A stretch of 64,000 nt of DNA from Guillardia theta CCMP2712 (taxonomy: Eukaryota > Protista > Cryptophyta), in contig NW_005434668.1 in assembly GCF_000315625.1 (NCBI RefSeq), positions 66,852 through 130,851 on the forward strand, given 5' to 3'. Each line of letters opens with the position of its first letter. The first letter of the stretch is position 1. The position numbers were made by a program, and so were the translations under genes. This document shows, one piece after another, positions 26,001 to 43,015 of this stretch. Under the pieces are notes generated by a model. That model was not told where the DNA came from. It made no database searches and saw nothing but the letters and a program-made list of their open reading frames with translations.

Positions 26001-28162
26001 CGCGTCGCCTCGTCGCGCTCCCACGCGTATCGTCCCAGCTCGAACATGGACTTGATCGGCAGGTTCCTGACCTCATCGTCATCACCTCCTCCTCTCCCCT
26101 CCTCCTCCCTCGCAGCTCACCAGTGCCTCTGCGCCTCCTCCACGTCTTGGAAGCGCTTTACGTAGAGCTGCAGGAAGTTTTCGTCTCCCCTCTCCTCCGC
26201 ATCGGCCACCAGCCCCTTGAACTGATCAGGAAGCAAGCCTCTCAGTCGCTTCGCTTGCGTCCATCGCAGCCAGAAGGGCAGGTGCTCGAGTCGCTCCCTG
26301 AGCCTCTCCTCCTCCTTCTTGTCCTGCAGCTTCGTCAAGGTTGTGCGATGCTTGCGGAAGACGCGGATGCCTCTGAAGACCTCAGTCAGTCCCTCTCCTT
26401 TCCTCCGCATGTCAAACCTTGACCCGAGGTGAACGGCATGGCGGTAGAAGCGATTCGTATCGCCTGAGACAGCGCGGCAGTAGCTCCAGGTGTTGCAGAT
26501 CATGATGAGGAAGTCGAGAAAGAGCATCTGCCATGTCTGATAGTGACCCGACCAGATCTGCTGTCTCATCTTTGAGAAGTCTAAGAAAGGAACTCCCTCA
26601 TAGCCGGTGTCTACTATGCCCGCAACGAAGGGAATGGCGAACGGCTGTTGAGGTGACGTCAAGTTGGAACATTCAAGTCAAGATAGAAACATCTCACGTT
26701 TTCATCTCGATCCTCGATCGCGACATGATCACTCGATGATGAACCTGGTCGATGAATGATGTTGATGACTTCAAACAAGTTCTCCTTGTCAGTCTTGCTG
26801 ATCTCATCTATCACTGACAGCAGGCCCTGCATGAAGTTGCGCTCCTCGTCTAGAACAGGCCTGTCGATTCACTCAGTCGTGATCGTTGCAATGGCATCAT
26901 ACCGGACATATTCGCTCTCATCGAACAAGAGCTCTTCCTTACTCGACTCTATCGGTTTCTCGTCCATGGCTTTTTTCTTCTTCGCCGCCACAGCAAAGGG
27001 ATTCACCTTAGCGTGTCCCGAGCGCATCTGACGACTGTTCTCACGACGATCAAGAGCGCTGTAAGACTCACTTGAACGCATTCGAGGAAGAAGAGATAGT
27101 CCCTGGCAGCCATGGCCTCATACGCATACTTGACGTTTGCATTCAGAGCTTTCAGAGAGATGGGAAGGCAGGTCTCGAACAGACGGTGGTATGTGTATCT
27201 GTTGAGCGTTCAGACATCAAGTCAGAGCATGTCACATGTATCACTCACCCTGCTTTCACAAACAAGTGCAGTTGTTCTTTCATCCCGCACCAGTCAAGAA
27301 ACGCCTCGAGCTCTATCCTATCATGCTGGCGCCGGACTGACAGCAACTGAGGAGAAGGCGAACGAAACAAGATGAATCACTTGAGTTGGCGGCGCCCAGC
27401 CACTGCTCTATGATCTCTTGAACATACCTGAGAGACGTTCAGCTGCTATGGCTCTGACATGTGACCTGGTCACCTGTAGATGGGAACAGACGCTGCTTCG
27501 ATCGGCTTCCAGTTGCGATGGTTCACAACGTTGAGATCGCCTCCCATCTCCACCAGGTATTCACACACCGCGCTCTTCCCCCTCCTGCCATGCGCTCTCA
27601 GAGCTTGTTCGCCGCACTCGCACATGACCTTGCAGCCAAGTGCAGCGGAGAGTTTCCCTTGCAGTCTTGTGCGTTGATGTCTTGTCCTGCAGCGATGAGG
27701 TGCATGATACACTCCTTGTGACCTGAATCTGCAGCCCTGAAGGAGGATCAGCAGCAGGCGCCACAGGCAGCAACACGCTCGTCTGCTCTACCAGTGGATG
27801 GGCAACCTTCCGTCCTGGTCTCGCAGCCTTATGTTGGCTCTCTTCATGATCAAGTAGGAGAGACACTCGGTGCTTCCCGACAGAGCAGCCACATGCAAGG
27901 GGGTGAGTCCTGCCAGCTGACAGTGATCATGACATCCAGTCTCTCCTCCTCCTCCTACCTGATTCTGATGGAACATCGACGTGTCGCCTTGCAAGTGCAG
28001 CTGTTCCCTCTATCGACGCTTCCCTGCCGCCACATCAGACCCTCGGCTTCAGCAGACGAGCACGCGAGCAAGCAGCAGACCCACAGGAGCTCCAAGTCGT
28101 CCTCCTTGGCGGCGTCGTGCGCCACACACCACCCTGCTTCCTCCAGGGCCGCCATGCCCATC
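23018..28162 (-). CDS. Large ankyrin-repeat + bromodomain-like + fibronectin type III repeat protein
   Basis: Ankyrin exons (GLTPLHVAALSGSTECL, GRLPIHW), bromodomain-like exon (LLSVIDEISKTDKENLF...FLDFSKMRQQIWSGHYQTWQMLFLDFLIMICNTWSYC), spliced in frame (RHW-NLPIKSMFEL) to a 1009-aa exon with several FN3 repeats (PKAPTDLHV..WKQP; PLAPQDL..SWTP; RNEAGWSVWS; SEVGAGPYS). Confidence 0.7.
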
Positions 28163-28533
28163 AACGGCCGGCCGACAAAGAGGCCTGGCGCTGCCTCCCC
28201 AACACTTGGCTGCGGGCACGTTCAATCAGGCTTGCCAGCGGCGGGGCCCTGGCCCGGGGGGGACCGGGCCGCGGCTTGAGAGCCAGTGAGACTGAGGGTT
28301 GTGAGACGCTGACCGGGCTGGGGCTGGTGACTGCAAGGGCGGAGAAGAATCAGAAGACTCAAAGACTCTGACAAGACTCGATGACCGTATGAAGCTACCG
28401 TGATGATGTGAGCTTTATCATTCAGATTTATTTCACAATTCAAAGATTCAAAATGACAACATCTGATCGAACATATCGACATCACATTGCGGGCATTTAC
28501 ACTGATGATAAACAAGAATATCCAACTAATGTA

Positions 28534-29722
28534 TCATGATTCATGCACCCACTGCATATCCATCAATTCCTGCTCCATCCTTATTTCCCTCCTTTTCTCC
28601 TTAAGTTGTATACAGCCGTCCACGTATTCACCCATCTTTCCATCAAAAAAGCAGCGAAGTTCGAAGAGGTCAAAGCTTGTTGGATTTTTTGGCACATGCC
28701 CTCCCAACAGTAACTGTATCAGGATTAGTGGAAAACAAATCAACTCAATCATGGTGTGATTACGTGATGGACATCCAGGAAGAGATTGAAGAAAATCTTC
28801 ATGAAGGGAGGGTGTTCCGTATGACACCTAAAACAGTCATCACGGCTTGTTCAAAGGAGTATTAGGTTCAAGAAATCTTACAGCGTGAAGAAGTCTTCGA
28901 ACGAAAGCAAGCCATCCAAATCTAGTGTGCTGTGTGCTCGGATGTTTTTCAGGACCTTGATGTAAATCTTCGAGGGGGCAGGCCTCGTTATGAACTGAGA
29001 ATATTCGATTGCTCCGCGTATGTGCATTCCATGGCAGCTACTCAGCACATCTCGAATAAGCCTTGCAACTGTTCTCACTGGAACTTGGACGTTGTCAATT
29101 CCAGATCGAGTATCAGATTGATCACAAGCAATCATTGCAAAATCTTTCTCAACAAATTTCGCTGACTTGTCGCTCAACAAAATTTCTCATCCGTGAATAG
29201 AGCCAACCACCACCAGTACCTCATCACATCAACTGGGCTTACGCTTTCACAGTGCATCTTGTAAAATATCATGAACTCTCGCAGGTCTAAGTTGCCGTCC
29301 TTGTCATTGTCAAAGCAACTGATAACACGATTTAGCACCAAGTTCCTTTCCGAAGGCCAACCCAACATCCGCGCAAACTTTGCAGGCATCAAGTGCCCTT
29401 TTTTGTTGGAGCATTGCTTGAACGTGTTCAGCGCTCGATAGCAGTCATGCGGTTGCAATCTGAGCCTTGTTGAAAACTCTCTCAAGCCCATGGAATGGAA
29501 CCGCATATTTACATTTTCAACTCCTACTTTAACCTAAAAGAAATGGTTAGCTCAGCTTGGGTCCCTCGTTCATAAATGGCAAATCACCTTCCACAAACTG
29601 TCCATGACCTGAGTCTCAAGTAGGTCACCAGGTACTTCTTGCGACACTTCACTCTCGTAGCTTGTTTGTCTGCTCCTCAATGGAGGAGGAGCTTCCTTCT
29701 TTCTGCTGAGAATCACACCCAT
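28534..29722 (-). CDS. N-myristoylated EF-hand (calcineurin B/recoverin-like) protein
   Basis: MGVILS myristoylation consensus. EF-hands FDNDKDGNLDLREF and DLDGLLSFEDF. Multi-exon; 3' end approximate. Confidence 0.7.
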
Positions 29723-31303
29723 TCTGGTCGGTATTCCTTCAAGATTCTGATCCTTAAAGTTTTCCTCTCGATGCGTCCATACAGAAAACTTCAACCCTGG
29801 GCAACTCACAATCACAAAGAAGTCTCTGACTTCACGTGCTCCACTAGTCGTGCATGGAGGGTCTGATCTTCCCTTCCTGTTCCTCCTCCTGCTTCGCGTC
29901 TGCGTTCTCCTGGTACGATACTCTTCTCCTCGCTCCTCCTTTTGTTCCTACAGCACCTGCCAACCTCCCAGTCCCGCTCCGCAACTGGCAACCCCCGGGG
30001 TACCCTACCCCTGCCCGTAGCCTTTTTCTTCTACCCTCCCCTTCCCCCTCTGTTTACGTACCACCCCCTCAAGTCAAAGTCAAGTAAAGCTTTGAAGTAC
30101 CCCTCCCCTCAGCCCCCGGGACAGCTATCAAACATTTTTAAATCCTACCGCTTCATTCCGGGCCCCCCGGCCTCTTCGCCTCAGCAAGTGTCGCGGTCAC
30201 GTGTCCTCCTGTACCGGCAGCCGCTCCGGCCCGGGCCCCGGGGGCCCACAGTGGGCCACCGTGACTGCCGCACCGTTCAGTCACTGAGAGGCCGCGGCAC
30301 TCAGGCGCCTATAAACTTTCAAAACTGTACGTCGGTCACTAGCACGGTGCGGCCCTGAGTGTACTCACGGTAACCACCGGCCAGGGCGACCCCCGCGGCC
30401 GGTCTGTCGGAGTACCGGGCCGAGGGGGGGTACCCGGCGGCCCCGGCCCTACTCACTACGGTAGGCGCTGAGCCGGGGGGGCGGGGCCGCTGGTGGCCGG
30501 GCCGGTAACTCAGTATCGGACTCCGGGAACAGACTGAGAGCCTGACGGTGACAGTGAGGCTGACTCGCCCGTGACTCGGACTCCCGGGTCACGCGGCGCA
30601 GGCTTTGTTAGCCTGCACTGTGCCAAAAGTAACTAGAACGCCAAGACCGAGTTTAATGCACACGAAGACTGTATGCTAGGATCGGGTGTGAAACCGGCGA
30701 AGCGGCATCCAGACATGCGAGGACCTTGCGGCAAGACAGTTAGCCTCGGAAAGCCCCCTCTCCCGGCCGGCTGCCGCGGGCGGCAAGAGAAATCCGCCCC
30801 AGAGAAAGACATACTGACATGAGCAGAGGCAGCGAACCATCGGAGTCAATAGAACTGAAATAGATAGAGATGTCCTCGGACTACCCTACCCCTCTTTCCA
30901 TACGGTCCCCCACAAGAGTGGGGAGACTACCGGTCCTTCGGGTCATTACAAGTCAACGGACAATGCAGCTAGCTAGCTAGGGCTGAACTTGACGAGATTA
31001 CTGTGACGGGATCGCAGCGGGTTGACATGAGCAGACCGTAGCCGAGTATTGTGAACATGAGATGGAGGAGGACAGTAAGAGGTGATGTCACACGTGGAGT
31101 TTGAAGTTGACGAGATGTTGCGACAGTTTTCAACTGAAGTCACTCGTGAGGGGGAAGGTTCAGTTAGATCTGACATGTTCTATGCAGGTTCAACGTTGGG
31201 ATGGTCTTGATGGGATGAGGTGGCTGATATAACCATCACTGATATCAAGGGAACTTACGGAACATGCCGCTGAGAGGTCGTCGTGAAGTCTAGCTGACAG
31301 CTG

Positions 31304-32690
31304 ATGGGGGTGGCAGCTTCATTGAGGGGCCCGGGCGAGGACTCGATCCCCCCTCCCCAACCAGATGAAGCTCCAGCAATCAACAATCAGAAATGCTCCG
31401 CAAAAGTCAAGATGTTATCCAGCCTTCTCAACGAAGAGTCTCGTTCAAACCAGGTATACTTGACATTGTTATTCAATATTTCCCTTCAAGCCCTTAGAGA
31501 CAAACTTACTCAGTCCTCCTTTCAGAATGATGAGATATTGGCCGTGACATCTGACGATTCCTTGGATGCAACAAGCTCTACAAGTGACCAAGATGAGCCG
31601 CAGAGCCGCCCACAAACACGAACTTCTCGAGCATCATCAAATTTGGTACAGCTCACTGACTTAAAGGCTTCACGCACCAACGCAAGAAGGATGGATGTGA
31701 GTGTAACAAGGATGGAAGAGGGCCCTAGTGGAAGGCAAGGAGCATGGCAAGACAGCGTCTTTCAGATGGAGCTTGAAGCCAACGAGGAGCTGGTGCAATC
31801 TTTCCGACAACGGATGGAGGAGGTAATGAGCGCCATCATCCCTCCCCGCACTCTTATGCTTCATACAATGCAGGCTGAGAAGTCCAAGGCCGAGCTGGAG
31901 GCCGAGCTGGAGAAGGCCAAGCGTGAGAGTGAAGAGACGTTTCAGTCCATGCAGAATCGGTTAGATCAGCAAGAGCATGAAAACTTTGTGCTCCGAGAGA
32001 ACGCGGTACATGTTCTATGCGCGATTCGATCTCATGCCTGATCTTTTGTGATCCACGTAAAGCTGAGGCTGCACAGAGAGCTTGACGCCATCCGGTCGAC
32101 TTTCATGGAGAAGCAGAAGGAGGGGGATGACGAGGTAAATCGAGGTAGACTCTGCCAGCACTGAAGGAACGGAAGGTGAATAGACTTCGAAATGAGCTGC
32201 GATTAGCCAGGAGGTAAGGGAGGATTGTTCTCTTTAGCTTCATTGCGGTGGTTGTAACATCAACACGTCACAACATCAGGCACGAAGAGTATCTTTCTAA
32301 GGAGCTCGAGAGACAGGTAGCACCCTCGAAACTATTTCTTGAACCTGATCCAACACGAATACAGAAGCGAAATGCTGAATCCACCCAAGAAGAAATGACC
32401 AAGTATTATCAGGTGCAAGGAAGTTACTTGTTCCGCTGCTCTTTGATCCCCAATGCTTGCAGGATCAAATCGAGAAGTTGAAATTAGAGAACATTATGAT
32501 GAGCGAGAGCATCGACACGATGGTGACTGGTATGTTGTAGATGTGTTGAATCCATCGGATGCGTTGATGACTGAGATCAGGACGATCCATCAAATCGATC
32601 TTTCAAGAGAAGTTGAACGAACCAGGTTCGGATTGACAAGGTCAAAGTAGATCGTTCAGGGCTCGACGGAGGAAAGCTTGCGCTTAACAT
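31304..32690 (+). CDS. Hypothetical coiled-coil protein (multi-exon, ends uncertain)
   Basis: 245-aa ORF plus short downstream exons rich in E/K/Q heptads (KAELEAELEKAKRESEETFQSMQNRL). Confidence 0.5.
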
Positions 32691-32738
32691 GTAGGTTAGA
32701 GTACGAATGTTTATGATAGAAAGATGCGGAAAAGTTTT

Positions 32739-32882
32739 CCCCCCCCCCCCCCCCCCCCCCCGCTCTCTTCTTCTTCTTCTCCTCCTCCCTCTCCTCCTCC
32801 TCCTCCTCCCTCTCCTCCTGCTCCTCCTGCTCCTCCTGCTCCTCCTGCTCCTCCTGCTCCTCCTGCTCCTCCTGCTCCTGCT
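32739..32882 (+). repeat. poly-C run followed by (CTCCTGCTC)n microsatellite
   Basis: Direct reading. Confidence 0.85.
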
Positions 32883-33318
32883 CTAATCGCTCCCTCCTCA
32901 TTTACGTAGGTAGTTTCGAATGTCAGCATTCGAGCCACAAACCCAGACTGACCTGGGGTGGGTGGTCTTCTCCCACCTTGGTACCCACCAGGATGGTACT
33001 ACGGTATGAAAAAAAGGGGTACCTATAAAGGTTGGAGGGATCCCCGTGGGTGGGGGGTGAAGGTTGAGGAAAGGGATATGGCGGGGAATAGGAGGAGTTT
33101 GCGGCGAGGGGAAACATGCGAGGAGGAGAGGAGAGGAGAGGAGGAGAGAAGTTAGGAAGAGGGGGAGAGGGAGCGCAGTCAAGCAAAGCCAGGAGGGAGG
33201 AGGGAGACGAGATACAAGGCAGGAAGAAAGACAGACGTTGATGCGCCCTTGAGATCTCCACGACGATTTCTTCCCTGCGACTACACAGAGTCTGGTCGAC
33301 CTTGACGTGAGAGGCAAG

Positions 33319-35433
33319 ATGGGGAGACGAGGAGAAGCAAACAAGGAGCAACAACAGGTGTGATGCAGCTCTTGTTCCCCTCATGTGCTGTCGAATGATT
33401 CAAGTCCGCAGCATCAGCGGCTTCGATGTCGAACGAATGTGGTTGATTACAGCATAATGAACGGAACTTGGGGGCCAATCATCTCCGACTTCAATGCAGT
33501 AGGTGAGAAACATGATTAACAAGTTGTCAAAACATGAAAACGAACCTGAACAGATCGAAATCTTCACAACAACTCATCGCCTGTACGTGAGAGGCAAGTG
33601 CCTGAAAGGCGAAGCGACGGGAAGGGGAAGAAACCTGTATCCAATGCTGCAAACAAAGATGTCAAGCCAGCAGCAGGGAAGGCAAGACACACCAAGACTT
33701 TTACAAAGCCTGAGAAGAAGCAATTGACGGGAAATCGGCTCCTGGCAAAGAAGCGCCTCAAAGAGGCACCAGACCACTCCAACGGCGACCCCACGTTAGA
33801 GAATAGTGGACATCGTGCTCTCCGCATACGGAACCGCATCAAGACGAGACTAACGAATGCAAGGTCTGCTCTTGGATGTGAACGAGCTTCTAGTTTCCTT
33901 GTGATATCTCAACAGGTACTTTCAAACGATGTTGGACGCGTATGAGCAAGACGGCTGGGGCCCATCATCGCATCGCAAACTGAAGCCAACGGAGGAGCTC
34001 AAGAAGAGCTCTGAGAGTCTCATTCATGCTAAGAAGGAGATCAAAGAATTGCTGAAGCAGATGGATCCTGCTAGCAACGAGCTCGCGCAGAAAGAGGTAA
34101 AACCTCGCTTGCACTGCTGCAACTGGGAAATTTGTTTGAAAGGCGCTGCAGACCAGGATAGACGAGCGTGAGTATGAGGCAGAAGGTCTTGCCTTCGAGA
34201 AGGTCTGTGTGGAGATGTATCCGAAGACGTCCATGATGTCCTTCTGCATTTTTACAGATCGTTTGCTCCATTTGTGGTACAGGCGACGCTCGTCGTGGAA
34301 ACGATATTCTTTTGTGCGATTACTCGGAGTGCAATCGGGCATTCCATCAGAAGTGTCACCACCCTCAAGTGACGGAGCTTCCACATGATGGTTCCTCTGC
34401 CACGCAAGTTTGTTCAAGGTTGTTCTTATGCTCTTGGCAGATGAAGACTGGTTCTGCACGCACTGTCTCTGCTACACAGACTGCATTGAAGCAGTGAATG
34501 AGCTCTTCGGTACACATTACACGACGTGGGAGAAAATGTTCCCTGAGTTGGAAGAAAATGCATCGAATGAGTTGTCATCGGAGGAATACAACTCTCAAGA
34601 GGTGAATCGGCAAAACCTTGTTTGTTTCCATCTAACACTGCTTATTCAGGACGATGATTACGATCCTGACATGGACGAAATTTTGTCTGACGACAACAAA
34701 TCTGTTCACTCTGAGAGTGTTTCTGAAGAGCATTCGGACGACGAAGACTCCGATAAATCTACCGACGAGCCAGAATCGACCACAAAGAGTGAGAACTGAT
34801 GAAATTCTTTCAGGATAGTCCGTGACAGACGCCATTTGTGCATTTGCAGGAAAGAATCAATCTGTCTTGGCGAAATTGCTCGCAGCAGCAAGCCCCCCAG
34901 TGAGCCCGAGGGGTAGGAAATCGAAGACGTTGAAGAGGAAGAAGTCAAAGAAAGAAAGTGAGGGAAAAGCGTCGAAGGTCAAAGTGAAGAAGCCACGAGG
35001 GGAGGAGGGGCAATCGGCTCGAAACTCGTCGAGTCTCGTCGAATGGTATCAGAACTGGACTGTTCAAGGAGCAGCGGTGGAAGAGTCAGACGACGATAAT
35101 TACGGTGAGACACGGGCGAAAGATCAAGATGTCAGATGTTGATGAAAGGGATCGTATGGTAGAGGTGAAAGATCAAATGTCAGATGTTGCTGACAGAGAT
35201 CGTGGTAGAGATGAAAGATCAAGTGTCAGATGTTGCTAGTAGAAATTGCCCTGACAAAGATGGTCTGATAGATATGTTGCTGAAGTTGTTTTGCAGACCC
35301 GGACTTATCCAGTGACTGTGGGGAAGGGGATGACGATGCTCGACCTCAGAGCAGCAAGAAGTCGAAGAAGACAAGAGCGAGACGAGCGTCGGCTGCTAAA
35401 GCCATGAGCTATTTCGCGACCCTTCCCGACTAG
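33319..35433 (+). CDS. PHD-finger protein of plant PRH/HAT3.1 type, no homeodomain seen
   Basis: YFQTMLDAYEQDGWGPSSHRKLKPTEELKK...KKEIKELLKQMD, then PHD CSICGTGD..NDILLCDYSECNRAFHQKC...DEDWFCTHCLC and ..VNELFGT...WEKMFPE. Acidic/basic tail. Confidence 0.8.
35118..35285 (+). repeat. Degenerate ~47-bp tandem repeat x3 in last PHD-gene intron
   Basis: Recurrent gaaagatcaa(g)atgtcagatgttg...gatcgt..ggtagag unit. Confidence 0.7.
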
Positions 35434-35485
35434 CAGCGATTCGATCGTTTGTTTCTTATTCGCCTCTCTTGTTGTTGAGATATTT

Positions 35486-38912
<3,427 letters not shown>

Positions 38913-39949
38913 GTTCGCCCTCCTTTCTGTCTCGCGCGCGCGTTTCGCCTGTCCCGCGTCAGACCTGAAGGAGCAAGTCACCAAGGAGACATGGCGAAAA
39001 CAAGTCTTACGTGTCGTTTGTTCGCTTGCTCATGGTAGAAGCCTCTCCTCTGACTCCAGCAAGCTGCAAAGAAGAAAATCAGCAACTGCATGGTCATATG
39101 TGTTGTCAAACATTATCTCATCATGTCCTTTCCTCTCCGTCATCATCCTCTCTTCATCTGTACCATCTACCTCCCCTTCTTCCTGCCCCTTCTCTTCCTG
39201 ACCTCTTCATCGAATCCTCCCTATCTTTTCACGCATCAAACACCCTACATTCCATACCCTCCTCTCCATCTGTCATTCTATCCTCATCAAACTTCCTCCT
39301 CTTCCTCGTCCTCCTCTTCCTTTCTCCCACCATCGTCGCCCCTCCCTCCTCCCCTCCCCTCTCCGCCGTTCCCGCCATTGAAGGGCACGTGTGGCCTCAT
39401 CTCCTCCAACCATCAAATCGGGCCCGCCTCAACATAAGATGGGAGACTTTTGTAAGACAGCAACCCCCTCCGTTCATCTGCCGCACTGCCCGGACGGGGG
39501 CCGGACCCCTCAAGGCCCGGCCGCACTTCTGGCGGCCCGCGGGCCCGCCGCGCCGGTCCGACAAGTCACTGACTGTGACTCGGATTACCGTACTAACGGC
39601 GTGCGGCTAGACTTGGTGCTAGACGGTACGGCCCGGCCTAAGCCCGGCCCGCCGGACTACTTGTCACGTTGACAGTCTAGTATACGGTACGGTCAAGGTG
39701 CCTGAGTGGTACAGAGGCATCGAACTTGTACCCACTGTCAAGTGCAAGGTTAAAGATACTACCGATCGGCACGGTGATCCTTGTTTCGCAATGAATTCCC
39801 CAAAGAAGCATCTGAGTGAATTTCGAGGCTCCACGTTACAAAAAATTCATTGCTGGTGCATTTGCGTCATTGTTTGAGTCGGAGCGTCGTGGCCCTCCTG
39901 TCCTTGTGCGCTGATGAGAAAATCAGCCGTCTCACTGAAAGTGGAGTGA

Positions 39950-41410
39950 CTAGCAATTCTTTCGATGAAGTCAGAACGTCAAACCGAAAGTTGTAGATCT
40001 GAGCTTCTTGCAGAGGATCCAAACCATCGTTACTCTTGACGGTCAGTGAAGCACCTAGGTTGAGCAGGCTGAAGACCTAACATCAGTGCTACCACAGCAG
40101 TCCAGGACGTCTCACCATGCGCATGCCTCTGTTCTCCCTTCCATGGCCGCATAATGCAATGGAGTTCGACCAACGCTGTTGACGCAGTTGATCTCTGCTC
40201 CCAGATTGATCAACAGCTTCACGGCTTCAACCTTTGAGGTTAAGATTCAAACTTCAGCTCATATCAGAAAGAGAGAGGAAATGTCATACTCGTCCTTCTA
40301 ATGCAGCAAAGTGCAAAGGCGTGTCTCCAAACCATGCAGAGTCTCGAGTACTGATGTCCGCACCCTCATGAGCCAGGGTCTCGATCCGAGAGCAATCGCC
40401 CTCTATGGCCGGTCAGACGAGCTATGGGCTCTTTAAGACGCATCAACCTGCTGCTGCTGCCAGCAGCTGGAAGGACAGCATGTCAAGAGGTTTATGACAT
40501 GATTCTGAGATATTCTTGGAAGCCTAATGAAAATGCAGATCGCTCAGAACGCGGCCACTTAAGCATATCACTCACCCAGTCGTGGAGGGAAACTGGCAAG
40601 GAGTGGTCATGGTGCTTTTTGACAGTTCCGGGGAGCTTTGGAGGGCATGAATCAGACTTTTGTACAAGCCAATGAGAATTGTAATGTACGGCTTCTCTCA
40701 ACAATGTCACCCGCAAAGTTGCAATCCCCGTTGGGTCACTCTCATCTAATACAAGCATGAAACAAGTCAGCAAGACTTCTCATTAATGTTATGTCTGTTT
40801 GTCACTTGTATGTTTTGCCTCACTAGAGCGTTTAATCTCCAATTCTACCGGGGATCCAACATCACCCGTTATTCGCTGTCACCAACGTCAGTCGTACCAA
40901 CAAGATTTTAAGCTCCTGCGAGCTGGGGCACGTTTGCAATATTCTGCAGATACTCATCCTTGTTTGGAAGGTCTCTGCAGGAAGGTAATCTCCACCCATC
41001 AACGGCTAGCAACACATCCCCCTCCTACAGGTCAAGTTGCCGATCAGTTCCAAGGCGACACTTTACGTAGGCTTCACCATGATTTGCCCGCTCCTTTGGG
41101 CAGCGCATCCCTCCACCAAATGACTGAAGATCACCTGCGCTGCATTTTGAGTTCTCATAACATATGCTAGAATTCTTCCTACCTCATTGGCAGACGAGAT
41201 TGAAAGGCTAGCGCCAATACCAGCCTTTGTCCTTTCTGCAACCGTGTTGTTGGCTTCATGTACACTGGCGGAGCCTCCCCGCAATCGAAGGTGATTGTGG
41301 CACTCAAGGAGAGAGATTGAGATGTATGTAGTTGGTGCTAACAATACAGCTTCGAGCCCTGAGAACAAGAGGAATGAAGCTGCGAGCTTGAACCCAAGTA
41401 GTCGACCCAT
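39950..41410 (-). CDS. Ankyrin-repeat protein with signal peptide and LRLRGG-ended leader
   Basis: MGRLLGFKLAASFLLFSGLEAVLL...NHLRLRGG. C-terminal exons give GADISTRDSAWFGDTPLHFAALEGR-VEAVKLLINLGAEINCVNSVGRTPLHYAAMEG. Middle exons and 3' end uncertain. Confidence 0.6.
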
Positions 41411-41765
41411 CCAGCTCACCTCCAAGTACCCACAGAGATGAGATGAAGCTGACTGATCTCACACAGAGGGACAATTTCTGTTGACATGACGGCTATATGC
41501 TATCAGCAGGGAGGAGCGTAGGCGCATGGAGCCACGGGCGCATGCCGTTCCTCTCCTTCATCGCACCACCCTACTGAGCCCGAGCATGGCTGATGGCAGA
41601 GACGCATCTTACTAGTGCTGTATGAGGGATATCATCTTACTGGGGTGCGAGCACGATGCTTTGTTTTGCTGTCTTCTTTGATTTTCTATATGCCTACCTG
41701 AGGCAGACTTGATGGAAATATATTGACAAATAAACTCCCGTACCGCACGTGAAAAAGCAGCGAAA

Positions 41766-42939
41766 TGTCAGGTGAGTGGAGACTGTCTTGAGGTTTCTGA
41801 CAGCAACTTAATCCTGCATCTTCTTAATGTCGTACAATGTATATATTTTATTCAATGATTGTGATATCTTGCCGAACCAAGAATGAAATGTGTGAGAACT
41901 GTGATTTTTATGGGTGAAATTCCAACAAAATCTCACGAGCTTTTCTTATGCCAGATTCCGAAAGCACTGGAGATGAAGGAGAAGAAGAACTTGAATTCGA
42001 TGAAGTCGAAATGGACCTCGAGCAAGAGCGAGCATTGATAGATCCTGAGGTAAGGCTAGAGTCATTCTTACGGATTTAACTTCAAATTCTTTACCTTACA
42101 AGGCTCCATCCAGATCTTGGAGCTACACGATGCGATAGAGAACGGCAATGTTGAGTTAGCGAAGGAAAAGTGAGCTTACCTTTACTGGGTCTGTCGCAGA
42201 ATCTGAAATTCTTCCCATCTCTTCTCCTTTTGATTCTTGCAGACTTGACAAGGTGCCCCTGAATGCAACAGGAGTCGATGGAGACACGGTATGACACATT
42301 GAACACTTCCTGACCTACATAATCCAATGGGCCATACAAAGGTTGAATTTGACAATGCTGGGCTTGCCAGGCTTTACACCTTGCTTGCTTGTACGGAATG
42401 AAGGAGATTGTCGGTAAGTGACAAGGTGACTCAGTTTCTGTGCATTGAAACACACGTTCTTCCATTTCCAAGATCTCCTGATTCAGAGGGGTGAAGATGT
42501 GAATGCGACAGATCAAGAGGGTTCCACTCCCCTCCATGACGCGTGTGCAGGCGGTGAAGTTGTGTCGAATGATTATTTGTGCATTTTCAACTCGGGTGAT
42601 TGTTTGTGCAGGTTATTTCGAGATTGTTTCTGCGCTTCTTGAAGCAAAGGCAGCCGTGAATGTAACTCCATTGATCTCCTGTACGGATTTTCATTCACAT
42701 TGCTCCGTTCAGGTCGCAGATTCGGACAATGATACCCCTCTACACAATGCTACCAACGGCGATCATATCAAGGTCGATTCATTCTCAAGGATAACGTGTT
42801 CCTGGAAGGTGTTTGATACAAAAACAGGTAGTGCAGCTGTTATTGTCGGCAGGGGCAGATAAGAAAGCTGAAAATGATGCCGGGGAGACGCCAGAAATGT
42901 TAGCACACGATGACAGCGTGAAAGCATGCTTCGTATGAG
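41766..42939 (+). CDS. Small acidic ankyrin-repeat protein
   Basis: Spliced MS-DSESTGDEGEEELEF...GDT-ALHLACLYG...EGSTPLHDACAGG-YFEIVSALL...DNDTPLHNA...AGETPEMLA...CFV*. Confidence 0.8.
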
Positions 42940-43015
42940 TGAATGCACGATTCTTTACTATCTACTGTGAGTTGTACGAAGGTTTCATCCCATTCTGGAT
43001 CTTGCACTTTGCTCT

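Noticed and set aside
25307-26422. 371-aa + strand ORF
   Set aside because: Antisense shadow of the FN3/bromodomain gene.
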